Source of the DNA: Vicinamibacterales bacterium
Lineage (GTDB): Bacteria; Acidobacteriota; Vicinamibacteria; Vicinamibacterales; UBA8438
Direction: 5' to 3'
Assembly: GCA_965207665.1 (NCBI GenBank)
Contig: CBDBMV010000002.1
Coordinates: forward strand, 1,945,704-2,009,703
DNA length: 64,000 bases
Shown one piece after another: positions 63,771 through 64,000 of the stretch. The notes beneath the pieces were generated by a model. It saw only the letters and a list, made by a program, of their open reading frames with translations. It was not told the origin of the DNA and did not search any database. A program made the translations under genes and the position numbers. The number at the start of each line of letters is the position of its first letter. Position 1 is the stretch's first letter.

Positions 63771-64000
63771 ATGCGCCGCATGCAGCAGGAGGGCGGCTAC
63801 TACGTCGGGGTCGACATCGGGGGTACCTTCACCGACTGCGCGATCATCGATGCCGCGGGTGAAATAGCCACCGGCAAGGTGCCGACGACGCCGGCGGATC
63901 TGGCGGACGGCTTCTTCGGCGCCATCGACGCGGCCGCCGCGGGGCTCGGCCTGGACGCGGAGCGCGTGCTGGCCGCGTCGACCAAGCTGGCTCACGGCAC
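63771..64000 (+). CDS. Hydantoinase/oxoprolinase family protein, N-terminal fragment (3' end off-window)
   Basis: Not in the ORF track because it has no stop in the window. Translation from ATG 63771 gives MRRMQQEGGYYVGVDIGGTFTDCAIIDAAGEIATGKVPTTP..., and VGVDIGGTFTD is the hallmark of the Hydant_A_N domain. Confidence 0.7.
   Translation, partial: MRRMQQEGGYYVGVDIGGTFTDCAIIDAAGEIATGKVPTTPADLADGFFGAIDAAAAGLGLDAERVLAASTKLAHG

Noticed and set aside
1-64000. Search for mobile elements, integrases, phage genes, tRNA/rRNA genes and classical defence systems (restriction-modification, CBASS, Cas and similar).
   Set aside because: No translation in any frame showed transposase DDE, tyrosine or serine recombinase, capsid or terminase, or nuclease/ATPase defence signatures. 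No intergenic region is long enough or cloverleaf-like enough for a tRNA. Only the HigBA pair qualifies as an addiction or defence-type element.

Overview
This is a GC-rich, gene-dense bacterial chromosomal segment with about 48 CDS. I recognised no rRNA, tRNA, CRISPR array, transposase or integrase. Most predicted products carry an N-terminal Sec signal, a lipobox or a Tat motif, so the window reads as one large island of exported redox and hydrolase proteins. Left part (2-12245): six paralogs of an uncharacterised secreted family ending in the motif EYACHEGNY. They sit in operons with a cytochrome-c/PQQ dehydrogenase fusion and with a DUF1592/DUF1552 pair. Middle (12340-37882): two secreted MBL-fold hydrolases, a VOC protein, a TetR regulator, a CarboxypepD_reg-type TonB-dependent receptor and three paralogous soluble PQQ dehydrogenases. 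It also holds a cytochrome-c protein that resembles a copper monooxygenase, two tandem beta-propeller lipoproteins, a thiamine-diphosphate enzyme with a perfect Tat signal, and several small exported proteins. Right part (37960-63681, all minus strand): the most unusual feature. Nine tandem paralogs of a roughly 640-aa lipoprotein resembling DUF3604/PHP metallo-hydrolases, in two sequence subtypes, are separated by gaps of a few nt or by overlapping start/stop codons. The array is interrupted only by a HupE/UreJ-like permease plus a membrane-anchored parvulin-type PPIase, and by a low-GC HigB/HigA toxin-antitoxin pair. It is headed by a second TonB-dependent receptor plus a second copy of the cytochrome-c/monooxygenase-like cassette. 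All family names come from motif recognition by eye and need HMM or structure confirmation. Internal start sites were chosen by frame arithmetic, signal-peptide logic and RBS or overlap context, and may be off by a few codons. The many long Arg/Ala/Gly/Pro-rich antisense ORFs in the track are treated as GC-driven artefacts. The receptor type and the DUF1552/DUF1592 content suggest an Acidobacteriota/Gemmatimonadota-like lineage, but this is inference only.
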